DNA of 64,000 bases from an uncultured Bacillota bacterium (GTDB lineage: Bacteria > Sysuimicrobiota > Sysuimicrobiia > Sysuimicrobiales > Segetimicrobiaceae): the NCBI GenBank assembly GCA_963804645.1, contig CAWDRG010000009.1, positions 1,024,001 through 1,088,000 of the forward strand, written 5' to 3'. Numbering within the stretch: the stretch's first letter is position 1; every line of letters starts with the position of its first letter. This document shows, piece by piece, positions 27,804 through 37,542 of the stretch. The translations under genes were made by a program, and so were the position numbers. A model generated the notes under the pieces. It saw only the letters and a program-made list of their open reading frames with translations, was not told the origin of the DNA and did not search any database.

Positions 27804-29186
27804 TCAGATCCGCTCGAAATTTCGGGCGAGTTCCCAGCACGTGACCGCTCGATCGTACTCGTGCTGCTCGAGCGCGGCCGTATGGTGGTAATGGTCCACG
27901 ACGCGGTCGCCGAACGCCGCGCGCGCGATCTCGCTGCGCCCGAGCTCGGCGGTCGCCTCGCGCAGCGTCGCCGGAATGCGCGGAAGCCCCTCGGCGTGGT
28001 ACGCGTTTCCTTCGAACATCGGCGGCGGCTCGATCGCGTGCTCGATGCCCCACAGCCCGGCGGCGATCGTCGCGGCGAATGCGAGGTACGGGTTCACATC
28101 CGCGCCGGGGATCCGGTTTTCGAGCCGGAGGCCCTGCCGCTGCCCGACGACCCGGAACCCGCAGGTGCGGTTGTCGTGGCTCCACACCGCGAACACCGGC
28201 GCGAAGGTGCCCGGGAGGTAGCGCTTGTACGAGTTGATGTAGGGGGCGAAGAAGTAGGCGAGCTGACGCGCACCGGCGAGCTGCCCGCCGAGGTAGTGGC
28301 GGCACGTCGCGGACATGCCGAGCGGCCGCGCCGCGTCGTCCCAGAAGAGGTTGCGCGCGCCCTCAGTGTCCCAGAGGCTGCTGTGGAGGTGGCAGGATGA
28401 CCCCGCGAGGTCGGCGCGCCACTTCGCCATGAACGTGACCGCGATGCCGTTGAGGGCGGCGATCTCCTTCGCGCCGTGCTTGAGCAGCGTGTGGCGGTCG
28501 GCCATCTCGACGGGGGTCGCGTAGCGCAGGTTGATCTCGTGCTGTCCCGGTCCCCACTCGCCCTTGCTGAATTCGATGGGCACGCCGGCACCCATCAGCG
28601 AATTGCGGATCTGCCGGACGAACCATTCTTCCTTGGTCCCCTGGAGGATGTGATAGTCCTCGATGTAGTGCCCGTAGGGCGTGAGGTCGTGGTACTGTTT
28701 CTCGCGGGCGCGCTCGTACGTCTCGCGAAAGATGTAGAACTCCAACTCGGATGCGACCATCGGCAGCGCGCCCATGCGCGCGGCGCGCGCCACCTGAGCC
28801 TGGAGGATCTGGCGCGGCGACTCGGCGACCGGCGCGCCCTCGTCGTCGCACACGTCGCAGAGAACGAGCGCGGTCCGTTCCAGCCAGGGCAGGCGCCGCA
28901 GCGTGGCGAGATCGGGACGAAGCTGCACGTCCTGATAGCCGGTTCCCCAGCTGGTGAGGCGATAGCCCGGAAGCGGCTCCATTTCGACATCGCACGCGAG
29001 CAGGTAACTGCATGCGTGGGCGCCGCCGGCGGCGACCTCGTCGACGAAGAACCGTCCGGTCACCCGCTTGCCCATCAGGCGTCCCTGCATATCGACCATC
29101 GCGGCGATGACCGTGTCGATGCCGCCCTGGGAGACCTCACGGGTCAGGTCGTCGAGCGTCAGCGGTCCTGCCGCGGGTTGCGTCAT
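27804..29186 (-). CDS. Glutamine synthetase-like gamma-glutamyl-amine ligase (PuuA/GlnA3-4-like)
   Basis: DMQGRLMGKR, SELEFY, KGEWGPGQHEIN, TFMAK, GSSCHLH, DNRT, ENRIPGADVNPY. Confidence 0.92.
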   Translation of the reverse strand: MTQPAAGPLTLDDLTREVSQGGIDTVIAAMVDMQGRLMGKRVTGRFFVDEVAAGGAHACSYLLACDVEMEPLPGYRLTSWGTGYQDVQLRPDLATLRRLPWLERTALVLCDVCDDEGAPVAESPRQILQAQVARAARMGALPMVASELEFYIFRETYERAREKQYHDLTPYGHYIEDYHILQGTKEEWFVRQIRNSLMGAGVPIEFSKGEWGPGQHEINLRYATPVEMADRHTLLKHGAKEIAALNGIAVTFMAKWRADLAGSSCHLHSSLWDTEGARNLFWDDAARPLGMSATCRHYLGGQLAGARQLAYFFAPYINSYKRYLPGTFAPVFAVWSHDNRTCGFRVVGQRQGLRLENRIPGADVNPYLAFAATIAAGLWGIEHAIEPPPMFEGNAYHAEGLPRIPATLREATAELGRSEIARAAFGDRVVDHYHHTAALEQHEYDRAVTCWELARNFERI

Positions 29187-29385
29187 CCGAACTCCACCTC
29201 TTCGCGGTCCCGGGTCATCCGTGACCGCCATCCGCCGTAGACTCCGTCTTGGACCCGCGAACCACCTGCTTGGGCCGGCGCGCCCACGCGGGCGCCGTCG
29301 CGGTGACCAACCCGGCGCATCACGTGCCCGGCGAAGGAGTCTTGGCGCCGTCCGCCCAAGCCTCATGCAAACGGGAGGTGGCCGC

Positions 29386-29490
29386 GTGACGCGAGACGCG
29401 CTCTTCGGCACTTGGAGACTGCTCTCAATGGAATCGGCGGACACACAGAGATGGAGTCGGCGTCGCGCGTTCGGGAGAATCCGCGGTCTC
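29386..29490 (+). pseudogene. Remnant of a lipocalin-like domain gene
   Basis: GGGAGG RBS and GTG giving TRDALFGTWRLLSME; a frameshifted FG-ENP follows and similarity then ends. Confidence 0.45.
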
Positions 29491-29647
29491 GAACACCCGT
29501 GCAGGCCGCATATTCGTGATTGGGTGAAGAGTCGGCGAAAAATCGGTGAAGAATCAGACGCAGACCAGGAGTCGTGAATTCCGGGAGCATAATTCTTTCA
29601 GCACCACGGACCGGTAGACGGCACGTCTATCTTGGAGGGGGCATAGT

Positions 29648-30772
29648 ATGGTGGAGGACCTCAAGCGGATCAGTACGTTCTTGGTCGCCGCGCTGGTCGT
29701 TCTGGCGCTTGTCTCGATCGCGGCCGCGCAGTCGCCGGCCAACCAACCAATGGGCAGACTCGTGGCCGCTGCCTCGCACGAAGGCCAGCTCACCGTTATC
29801 GCGCTGCCGCACGACTGGTGCGGGTACGCCGACGTCATTAGCAGTTTCAAGCGGAAGTACGGGATCAAAGTGAATGAGCTGAACCCGGACGCGGGGTCCG
29901 GCGATGAAATCGAGGCCATCAAGGCCAACAAGGGCAACAGCGGGCCCCAGGCGCCGGACGTGATCGACGTCGGATTGTCGTTCGGCCCATCGGCCAAGCA
30001 GGCCGGGCTGCTCCAGCCGTACAAGGTCGCGACGTGGAACAGCATCCCGAACGACCAGAAGGATGCGCAGGGGTATTGGTACGGCGATTACTACGGCGTG
30101 CTTGCCTTCGAGGTCAACACCGACGTCGTCAAGACCGTCCCGCACGACTGGCCGGATCTGCTCACGCCGCAGTACGCGAACGCGGTCGCGCTCGCCGGCG
30201 ACCCGCGCTCGTCGAACCAGGCGATTCAAGGCGTGTTCGCGGCGGGCCTGTCGGCCGCGATGGGACACGTGGACGGGGCGGCGGCCGCGGGCTTGAAGTA
30301 TTTCGCCACGCTGAAGAGCCGCGGCAACTTTGTGCCGGTCATCGGCAAGGCCGGGACGATCGCCCAGGGCGCGACGCCGATCATCCTTCGCTGGGACTAC
30401 AACGCGCTCGCGGATCGCGACACGCTGAACGGCAATCCCAAGATCCAGGTGATCGTGCCGCAGACCGGCGTGGTGGCCGGCGTGTACGTGCAGGCCATCA
30501 GCGCGTACGCGCCGCACCCGAACGCGGCGAAGCTGTGGATGGAGTACCTGTATTCCGACGAGGGGCAGCTGCTGTGGCTCAAGGGCTACTGCCACCCGAT
30601 TCGCTTCCAAAACCTCGTGAGCACCCACAAGGTGCCGGCGGACCTGCTGGCCAAGCTGCCGCCCGCGGCCGGGTACGCCAAGGCGCTGTTCCCGACGCTC
30701 GCGCAGCAGGGCCAGGCGGCTCAGGTCATCACGAAGCAGTGGGACACGGTTGTCGGGGCAAACGTGAAGTAG
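29648..30772 (+). CDS. ABC substrate-binding protein (PotD/polyamine-iron family)
   Basis: Signal peptide; IALPHDWCGY, APDVIDVG, WYGDYYG, APHPNAAKLW. Confidence 0.9.
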   Translation: MVEDLKRISTFLVAALVVLALVSIAAAQSPANQPMGRLVAAASHEGQLTVIALPHDWCGYADVISSFKRKYGIKVNELNPDAGSGDEIEAIKANKGNSGPQAPDVIDVGLSFGPSAKQAGLLQPYKVATWNSIPNDQKDAQGYWYGDYYGVLAFEVNTDVVKTVPHDWPDLLTPQYANAVALAGDPRSSNQAIQGVFAAGLSAAMGHVDGAAAAGLKYFATLKSRGNFVPVIGKAGTIAQGATPIILRWDYNALADRDTLNGNPKIQVIVPQTGVVAGVYVQAISAYAPHPNAAKLWMEYLYSDEGQLLWLKGYCHPIRFQNLVSTHKVPADLLAKLPPAAGYAKALFPTLAQQGQAAQVITKQWDTVVGANVK

Positions 30773-30827
30773 CCCCAACGGTCCCGTCGGCGGTCGGCTC
30801 CTGGTTCCGTGTGATCTCTGGCGCCCG

Positions 30828-30857
30828 CCCCGTCCCCCGGTGATCCGGGGGACGGGG
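30828..30857 (+). terminator. Intra-operon stem-loop after the substrate-binding gene
   Basis: Perfect 13-bp stem CCCCGTCCCCCGG, loop TGAT, CCGGGGGACGGGG. Confidence 0.6.
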
Positions 30858-30876
30858 TAGGGCGCAGACCGCCGTC

Positions 30877-31779
30877 ATGGCACAGCGAACCGTCCTCGCC
30901 GCCGATCCGCCTCCCGCGGCCGTCCCGCCGGTCCGGCACATCTCGTGGGCATGGGTCGGCGTCGTCCCGTTTCTGATCTTTGCGCTCTTGTTTCTCATCT
31001 TGCCCATGGGGCTCTTGATGGTGGGCGGGTTTCAAGACGCCCAGGGGCATTTCACCCTGGCCAACGTGTTCGATCTGTTTCAACCCAGCATCGTGAGCGC
31101 GTATCTGATCAGCATCAAGGTCAGCGCCGCGTCGGCGATCGGCGGGGCGCTCGTCGGCTTCCTGCTCGCGTATACGGCGATCGCGGGCGGCCTGCCCGCG
31201 TGGGTGCGGCCCACCGTTATGACGTTCTCGGGCGTCGCCTCGAACTTCGCGGGGGTGCCGCTGGCCTTTGCGTTTCTCGCGACGCTGGGGCGCGCGGGAC
31301 TCGTGACGGTGCTGCTCGTCACCCTCTTCGGCTTCAACCTCTACAGCACGGGGTTCAATCTTCTGAGCTTCGCCGGCCTCACGCTCACCTATATGTACTT
31401 TCAGATCCCGCTCATGGTGCTGGTGATGGCGCCGGCGATCGACGGGCTCAAGCCCGCGTGGCGGGAAGCCTCGGCCAATCTCGGCGCGGGCGTGTGGGAT
31501 TACTGGCGGTACATTGCGCTGCCCATCCTGTTCCCGCCGGTCCTCGGCGCGTCACTCCTCCTGTTCGCCAACGCCTTCGGTGCCGTCGCGACGGCGTACG
31601 CGCTGACCGGGAGCTCGCTCAGCATCGTCACGATCCTGCTGTACGCGCAGATTCGGGGGGACGTGCTGCACAATGAGAACCTCGGCTACGCGCTGGCGTT
31701 GGGGATGATCGTCATCACCGGCCTCTCCAACGCCGCGTACATTTGGCTGCGTGGACGCAGCGAGCGGTGGCTGCGGTGA
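30877..31779 (+). CDS. ABC permease (PotB-like)
   Basis: SNFAGVPLAFAF, YFQIP, EASANLGA EAA-loop. Confidence 0.92.
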   Translation: MAQRTVLAADPPPAAVPPVRHISWAWVGVVPFLIFALLFLILPMGLLMVGGFQDAQGHFTLANVFDLFQPSIVSAYLISIKVSAASAIGGALVGFLLAYTAIAGGLPAWVRPTVMTFSGVASNFAGVPLAFAFLATLGRAGLVTVLLVTLFGFNLYSTGFNLLSFAGLTLTYMYFQIPLMVLVMAPAIDGLKPAWREASANLGAGVWDYWRYIALPILFPPVLGASLLLFANAFGAVATAYALTGSSLSIVTILLYAQIRGDVLHNENLGYALALGMIVITGLSNAAYIWLRGRSERWLR

Positions 31780-32567
31780 GGCGGGGTCGGCTTGGATCGT
31801 GGCTCGTGATGCTGTTCGGCGTGCTGTATTTCTTCATCCCCCTGCTGGGGACGTTCGAGTTTTCGCTGCGCTACTTCCGCGGCCGCTACAGTTGGGAAGC
31901 GTACCGGATCGTGCTCGCGGACCCCCAGTTTGCCGCGACGCTCACCTATTCGACGGTCCTGGCGCTCGCCACCATCGTCGTGGGCGCCGTGCTGGTCGTT
32001 CCGACCGCGTACTGGATCCAGCTCCGGCTCCCCCGTCTGCGGCCGCTCGTCGAATTTATCACGCTGCTGCCGCTGGTGATTCCCGCCATCGTCCTTGTGT
32101 TCGGCTACCTGCGGCTCTACAACAGCGCGTCCTGGCTGCCGCTGACGGGCAGCGACCGAACCACGGACCTGCTGCTGATGTTCAGCTACGTGACGCTGGC
32201 CCTGCCGTACATGTACCGCTCGGTCGACACCGGGCTGCGCGCCATTGACGTGCACACGCTGACCGAGGCCGCGCAGAGCCTGGGTGCCGGATCGTCGACG
32301 ATCCTCCTGCGGGTGATTCTCCCCAACGTGCGGGTCGCGGTGGTGAGCGGTGCGTTTCTGACGTTCGCGATCGTCATCGGCGAGTTCACGATGGCGAGCC
32401 TGCTGGATCGCCCTGCGTTCGGTCCGTACCTGCAGCTGATCGGCGCGAATCGCGCCTACGAGCCGGCGGCGCTCGCGATCATCAGCTTCGCGATCACGTG
32501 GGCGTGCATGGGGTTCCTTCAGATTTTCGCGCGGGGCGCCGCCGGACAGGCGGCCGGGACGCACTAG
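31776..32567 (+). CDS. ABC permease (PotC-like)
   Basis: GTGA overlap with the upstream gene; LPYMYR, EAAQSLGA, GEFT. Confidence 0.92.
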   Translation: MRRGRLGSWLVMLFGVLYFFIPLLGTFEFSLRYFRGRYSWEAYRIVLADPQFAATLTYSTVLALATIVVGAVLVVPTAYWIQLRLPRLRPLVEFITLLPLVIPAIVLVFGYLRLYNSASWLPLTGSDRTTDLLLMFSYVTLALPYMYRSVDTGLRAIDVHTLTEAAQSLGAGSSTILLRVILPNVRVAVVSGAFLTFAIVIGEFTMASLLDRPAFGPYLQLIGANRAYEPAALAIISFAITWACMGFLQIFARGAAGQAAGTH

Positions 32568-32601
32568 CGACGGACCACGCCGTGCGGTGGGCGGAGGCGG
32601 C

Positions 32602-33675
32602 ATGACCTTTCTCGAGCTCGCGGATCTGCAGAAGCAATTCGGGACCACCACGGCGGTGAAACACGTCCAGCTCGAGGTTGAGCGCGGTGAGTTCGTGTCG
32701 CTGCTGGGACCGAGCGGGTGCGGCAAGACGACGACGCTGCGCATGATTGCCGGGTTCGAGCTGCCGTCGTCGGGCGCAATCCGCCTGGACGGAGTGGACA
32801 TCACGCGGACGCCGCCGAACCGGCGCCACGTCGGGATGGTGTTCCAATCCTACGCGCTGTTTCCCAACATGAACGTCGCCGCGAACATCGGATTCGGACT
32901 GAAGGTGGCGAAGCGGACCGCCGCGGAGATCAGCGGGCGCGTGGACGAAATGCTCAACCTCATCAAGCTCCCGGAGCTCGGGCATCGCTACCCCTACCAG
33001 CTGTCCGGCGGGCAGCAGCAGCGGGTCGCCCTGGCGCGCGCCCTCGCGATTCGGCCGCAGGTGCTGCTCCTCGACGAGCCGCTCTCAGCGCTGGACGCGA
33101 AGATCCGCATCGCGCTTCGGGCCGAGATGCGCGCGATCCAGCGTGAGCTGGGCATTACCACCATCTACGTCACGCACGACCAGGAGGAGGCGCTGTCCCT
33201 CTCTGATCGCGTCGTGGTCATGAACGAAGGACGCGTCGAACAGATCGGGACGCCGTTTGAGGTGTACAATTTCCCGCACACGGCGTTCGTCGCCTCGTTC
33301 GTCGGTACCCTGAACATCCTGCGCGGCCGGGTGTCCGACCCTGCGCGCGGTGCGATCGCGATCGACGGGCAGGAGGTGTTCGCGCCGAGCGGACTGGAGC
33401 ACTCGCGGCCGGGCGACGCGTGCTCGTTCGCGCTTCGTCCCGAAATCGTCTCGATCGGCGATGCTCCGGGAAACGCGAACCGGATGCAGGGCACGGTTGA
33501 GGACGTGACCTTTCTGGGCTCGATCGTGCGGATCCGGGTGCGCTTCAAAGACAACGCGATCTCGCTCGACACGTTCAGCAACCCGCGGATGTCCCCGCCG
33601 CAGCGGGGTGAAGCGCTCACGGTGAGCTTTTCGCGTGAAGCCATGCTCGCGCTGGAGGCGTCTTCCGCGACCTGA
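32602..33675 (+). CDS. ABC ATP-binding protein (PotA-like, TOBE domain)
   Basis: GPSGCGKT, FQSYALFP, LSGGQQQR, LDEPLSALD, THDQEEA. Confidence 0.95.
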   Translation: MTFLELADLQKQFGTTTAVKHVQLEVERGEFVSLLGPSGCGKTTTLRMIAGFELPSSGAIRLDGVDITRTPPNRRHVGMVFQSYALFPNMNVAANIGFGLKVAKRTAAEISGRVDEMLNLIKLPELGHRYPYQLSGGQQQRVALARALAIRPQVLLLDEPLSALDAKIRIALRAEMRAIQRELGITTIYVTHDQEEALSLSDRVVVMNEGRVEQIGTPFEVYNFPHTAFVASFVGTLNILRGRVSDPARGAIAIDGQEVFAPSGLEHSRPGDACSFALRPEIVSIGDAPGNANRMQGTVEDVTFLGSIVRIRVRFKDNAISLDTFSNPRMSPPQRGEALTVSFSREAMLALEASSAT

Positions 33676-33715
33676 CGCAAGGCACGTTCCGGCGATCGCG
33701 AGTGTGCCAAGACGC

Positions 33716-33748
33716 CAGCCGGGGGCGCCCAGACGACGCCCCCGGCTG
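33716..33748. terminator. Hairpin between convergent genes
   Basis: 12-bp stem CAGCCGGGGGCG ... CGCCCCCGGCTG. Confidence 0.6.
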
Positions 33749-33756
33749 CGACACGC

Positions 33757-35232
33757 CTACTTGCCGCGATTCTGGCACGACTGGTTCGACTGACCCTGTT
33801 GGTTTCCGCACTGCTGTCTGGAGTTCTGCTGCGGCTGATGCGCCGGCGTGTTGGTAGGCTGCCGGTACGCAGGCTGCGGCTGATGGACCGGCGTGTTGGT
33901 GGGCTGCCGGTACGCAGGCTGCGGCTGATGGACCGGCGTGTTGATAGGCTGCCGGTAGCAGCTCGGCTTGGACCGGCGTGTTGTGGCTGCCGGTACGCAG
34001 GCTGCGGTTGATGGACCGGCGTGTTGGTGGGCTGCCGGTACGCAGGCTGCGGCTGATGGACCGGCGTGTTGATAGGCTGCCGGTACGCAGGCTGCGGCTG
34101 GTGGACCGGCGTGTTGGTGGGCTGCCGGTACGCAGGCTGCGGCTGATGGACCGGCGTGTTGGTAGGCTGCCGGTACGCCGGCTGCGGCTGATGGACCGGC
34201 GTGTTGGTGGGCTGCCGGTACGCCGGCTGCGGCTGATGGACCGGCGTGTTGGTGGGCTGCCGGTACGCGCGGGCTGCGGCTGGTGGGACCGGCGTGTTGG
34301 TGGGCTGCCGGTACGCAGGCTGCGGCTGATGGGCCGGCGTGTTGGTGGGCTGCCGGTACGCCGGCTGCGGCTGGTGGGCCGGCGTGTTGGTGGGCTGCCG
34401 GTACGCCGGCTGCGCCTGATGTTGCGGAACGCCGTGGGCTGGGAGGCGATGGAGTTCGGCCGCCATCATATGGGCCGGTGCGTCCCAGTGCGGATCTCCC
34501 TGACGGACTGCGGCACTCACATACGTGCTCACATTCGCCCCCGCGTACGGGCGATACGCCGGCCGATAATAGTGCTGCCGATATGGACCCCAGTACGGAT
34601 ACCGATAGACGTGCCCGGCGGGATCACGCGAGACGAGGTATGGATTACCGTCGACCGTCACCGTACCAAGGACGATGCCGACGATCGGCAGGGCGACCGT
34701 AATGATCGCGGCCGACGCAGGATAGAATCCCGTGTATCGCCGGTAGCCGGCATGGTAGTAGTACCGGTAGTAGCCGCCATAGTAGGGATACAGGTAGTAG
34801 TGTCCGTCAGGGGCGTAGACTGCCAGGTAGAGAAGTCCCGTGACCACGACCGTTCCCAGCACGGTACCCCAGATGGGGAGCGGAGCCACGACCTGTGCCG
34901 CGACCGGGGCCACGGCGATGGGACCGGTGACGTTCACAGCCGTGGCGACGCAGCTGGTCTCCGCTAGCTGTGAGCCACACTGTTGCCGGCGCACCGACGT
35001 ACCCCTCGAGGCTGCAGAACGGCAGGTTCGTCGCGTCCACGCTCGCATACGAGTCATTTGACGCGTCAAACGTCTGCTGGCCGCTTGCCGTATTCACGAC
35101 CACGGTCCCGGACTGGCAGTCGACGGCCGCGATCGTCCCGCGCACGGCTACGGTCGATTGTGCGGACGCGACCCCGTTCAATCCGAGGAGTGGAAGCATG
35201 AGGCTCAGCGCGATAGCGATGATCGCTTTCAT
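33757..35232 (-). CDS. Secreted Tyr-rich protein with Pro/Gln tandem-repeat tail; frameshifted in this assembly
   Basis: AGGAGG RBS and MKAIIAIALSLMLPLLG signal peptide; +1 shift near 34950; duplicated Tyr-rich module; (HQPQPAYRQPTNTPV)n; after indels at about 33955-33990 it ends HQPQQNSRQQCGNQQGQSNQSCQNRGK-stop (TAG 33759-33757). Confidence 0.75.
33829..34421. repeat. Coding tandem repeat, 45-bp unit, about 13 copies
   Basis: Unit GACCGGCGTGTTGGTGGGCTGCCGGTACGCAGGCTGCGGCTGATG repeated head-to-tail with no spacers. Confidence 0.97.
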
Positions 35233-35547
35233 GAGGCACCTCCTTGCACGGCCAGTCGCTCGTGAGGCGCTGTCTTGCAATCCCCGGCGTCACCGAACGT
35301 CGGCTGTGCCTCTTTGAGGTTACCCCTCGGACATGAAAACCTAGCGCACGCCGCATGCGGAACTCGTGAAGAGCTAATGAAGAAGCCAGAGGCGACGATG
35401 ACTGCGCGATGTTCGTCGCGGTGGAGCGGGCTGAGCCGTCGACGCGTTGCGTGACGTTCCGAACAGGTGCGGCGCAGCGTCGCGCCCTCGCGGACGCCGG
35501 GCATTCACGATCCAGGGAGGGCTTTCCGGCGCGGCGAAGGAGGCCGC

Positions 35548-36792
35548 GTGACTGCGCGGGGGACGTCGTGCGAGATCAACGGCGAGCGGCTGTGGGCCGC
35601 GCTCATGGCCATGGCCGAAATCGGCGCGACGGCGGACGGCGGGGTGCGGCGGCTCGCGCTGAGCGATGAAGACCGGGCAGCGCGTGAACGCTTGATCTGT
35701 TGGTTCGAGCGCGCCGGCTTGGCGGTCCGCGTCGACGATCTGGGAAACATCTACGGGCGGCGCGCCGGGACAGCGCCGCACGAGGCGTCCGTCGTCATGG
35801 GGTCGCACCTCGACACGGTCCCGACCGGCGGCAGATTCGACGGGGCGCTCGGGGTGCTCGGCGCGCTCGAGGTGGTGCGCGCTCTCGACGATGCCGGGCT
35901 CCGGACGTGGCGCCCGCTCGAAGTCGTCTGCTGGACCAATGAAGAGGGCGTCCGGTTTCCGCCGGCCATGCTCGCCAGCGGAGTCATCTCCGGTCAGTTC
36001 ACACGGGACCAAGTGTACGCGGTCCGAGACGACGCCGGGCGCACCTTTGGCGAGGAACTGCACCGCATCGGCTACGCGGGTGCGGAGGCGTCCCGGCTGT
36101 CCGCCGCCGCGGCGTACCTCGAATTGCACATCGAGCAGGGCCCCGTATTGGAAGAGGCGGGCGCGGACGTCGGCATCGTCGAGGGCGTGGAGGGCATCTC
36201 ATGGAGCCGCATCGAGGTGACCGGCCGTGCGGCGCATGCCGGCCCGACCCCGCTCGCGGATCGTCGGGACGCGCTTCTCGCCGCATCCAGGCTGGTCGTC
36301 GCGTTCCGGGAGATCGCGGAGCGCGCGCCCGGCGTCCGGGCCACCGTGGGACGCCTCGAGGTCGTGCCCAACGCGATCAACGTGGTGCCCGGGACCGTGC
36401 GCCTGACGGCCGACCTCCGCGCGCCGCGAACGGAGGCGCTGGACGAAGCGCTCGCCGCTGTTCGCGAGGCGTGCGCGCGCACGGCCCGCGACGACGGCGT
36501 GACAGTCGAGGCCGCGGAATTCTGGCGGAGTCCGCCGACCCCGTTCGCTCCCGACGTCGTCGCGGTGATCGCCGAGGCGGCGCGGGTGCGCGGATATCAG
36601 GCGCGGCGATTGTGGGCCGGTGCGGGACACGACGCGAAGTACCTCGCGGACCGGTTCCCTTCGGGGATGATCTTTGTCCCAAGCGCGGGGGGCCTGAGCC
36701 ACAACCCGGCGGAATGGACGGCGCCGGACGCGTGCGCGAGGGGGGCCGCTGTGCTGATGGGCGCGGCGCGGGCGCTCGCGGAGCGCGCATAG
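35548..36792 (+). CDS. M20 Zn-dependent N-carbamoyl-amino-acid/allantoate amidohydrolase
   Basis: GSHLDTV, GGRFDG, WTNEEG, ELHIEQG, HAG, GAGHDA, SHNPAE; AGGAGG RBS before GTG. Confidence 0.93.
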   Translation: MTARGTSCEINGERLWAALMAMAEIGATADGGVRRLALSDEDRAARERLICWFERAGLAVRVDDLGNIYGRRAGTAPHEASVVMGSHLDTVPTGGRFDGALGVLGALEVVRALDDAGLRTWRPLEVVCWTNEEGVRFPPAMLASGVISGQFTRDQVYAVRDDAGRTFGEELHRIGYAGAEASRLSAAAAYLELHIEQGPVLEEAGADVGIVEGVEGISWSRIEVTGRAAHAGPTPLADRRDALLAASRLVVAFREIAERAPGVRATVGRLEVVPNAINVVPGTVRLTADLRAPRTEALDEALAAVREACARTARDDGVTVEAAEFWRSPPTPFAPDVVAVIAEAARVRGYQARRLWAGAGHDAKYLADRFPSGMIFVPSAGGLSHNPAEWTAPDACARGAAVLMGAARALAERA

Positions 36793-36902
36793 TATGCAAG
36801 GCACGGTCGCAGCGGCGCGGCGCCCGTCGGCGCCGAGGCCGCATCGTGGTGAGCTGCTCCGAGCGGGAGAGTCCTAGGGCAGGTCCGAGCGTACTGCGGC
36901 CG

Positions 36903-37208
36903 TCAGGGGACGACCCGGCGGAGGGACGGTATCCGCAGCAGGATGATCGCGTCCCTTCCATCCACCGCCTTCGTCTGTGACGCGGACGAGAAATTGTAGA
37001 CTCGTCCCGAAACCGGACCGCGCACACTCAAGGGTGCGTCGCCGACGTAGTGCAGGATGACGTGGCCGGGCGGGGCCGGCTTCGTCGTGCCGGCCGATGG
37101 AACCGGCCGTACCGATTGGGGGCCGCTCGGCGCCGCATCCGGATTCGACGTGCGTGCAGCCGGCGGCGGATTATTCCGCAGGGCGGCGCGTTTCTGTCCG
37201 CAGCACAT
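36903..37208 (-). CDS. Hypothetical protein with N-terminal MCCG motif
   Basis: MCCGQKR, a Pro-rich linker, then a compact beta-rich domain (LHYVGDAPLSVRGPVSGRVYNF...VDGRDA). Confidence 0.7.
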   Translation of the reverse strand: MCCGQKRAALRNNPPPAARTSNPDAAPSGPQSVRPVPSAGTTKPAPPGHVILHYVGDAPLSVRGPVSGRVYNFSSASQTKAVDGRDAIILLRIPSLRRVVP

Positions 37209-37542
37209 GAGTCGCGCTGTCCTCCGAGAGGTCGGGCATCGATGTCAGTGCGACCGGCGGCTGACCGAGGCGCTCCAGCAGGCATGCCGCGCCCGAGAGT
37301 GCCAGCCACGAAAACAGCCATAGCAGTGGGTCGCGAGTGACGAAGAGCGCCGCGGGAGCGGCGATCCACAAGCTGAGACACTGAAAGCAGTCCATCAGCG
37401 TCGCCGCCCAGCCGTGTCCCAAACTGGCTCGGATGCGCGCGATGACGTCCCCGGGTCCATCCTCGGCCGCCACCAAGTGCGTCACCCGCCACGTGGCGAG
37501 TCCGGCCAGGACGAATCGTGTCCAGAAGCTGACGTCAGCCAT
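37171..37542 (-). CDS. DUF1360-like small membrane protein
   Basis: LATWRVTHLVAAEDGP, DCFQCLSLW (CxxC) and hydrophobic helices. Confidence 0.75.
   Translation of the reverse strand: MADVSFWTRFVLAGLATWRVTHLVAAEDGPGDVIARIRASLGHGWAATLMDCFQCLSLWIAAPAALFVTRDPLLWLFSWLALSGAACLLERLGQPPVALTSMPDLSEDSATHVLRTETRRPAE

Noticed and set aside
33829..34421. Possible CRISPR array
   Set aside because: The 45-bp units are head-to-tail with no unique spacers, are a multiple of 3, encode a peptide repeat, and have no cas genes nearby.
35233..35547. Riboswitch or ncRNA in longer intergenic regions (also 1531-1990, 51612-51860, 54600-54879)
   Set aside because: I could not match a known consensus by eye; an Infernal/Rfam scan is needed to decide.
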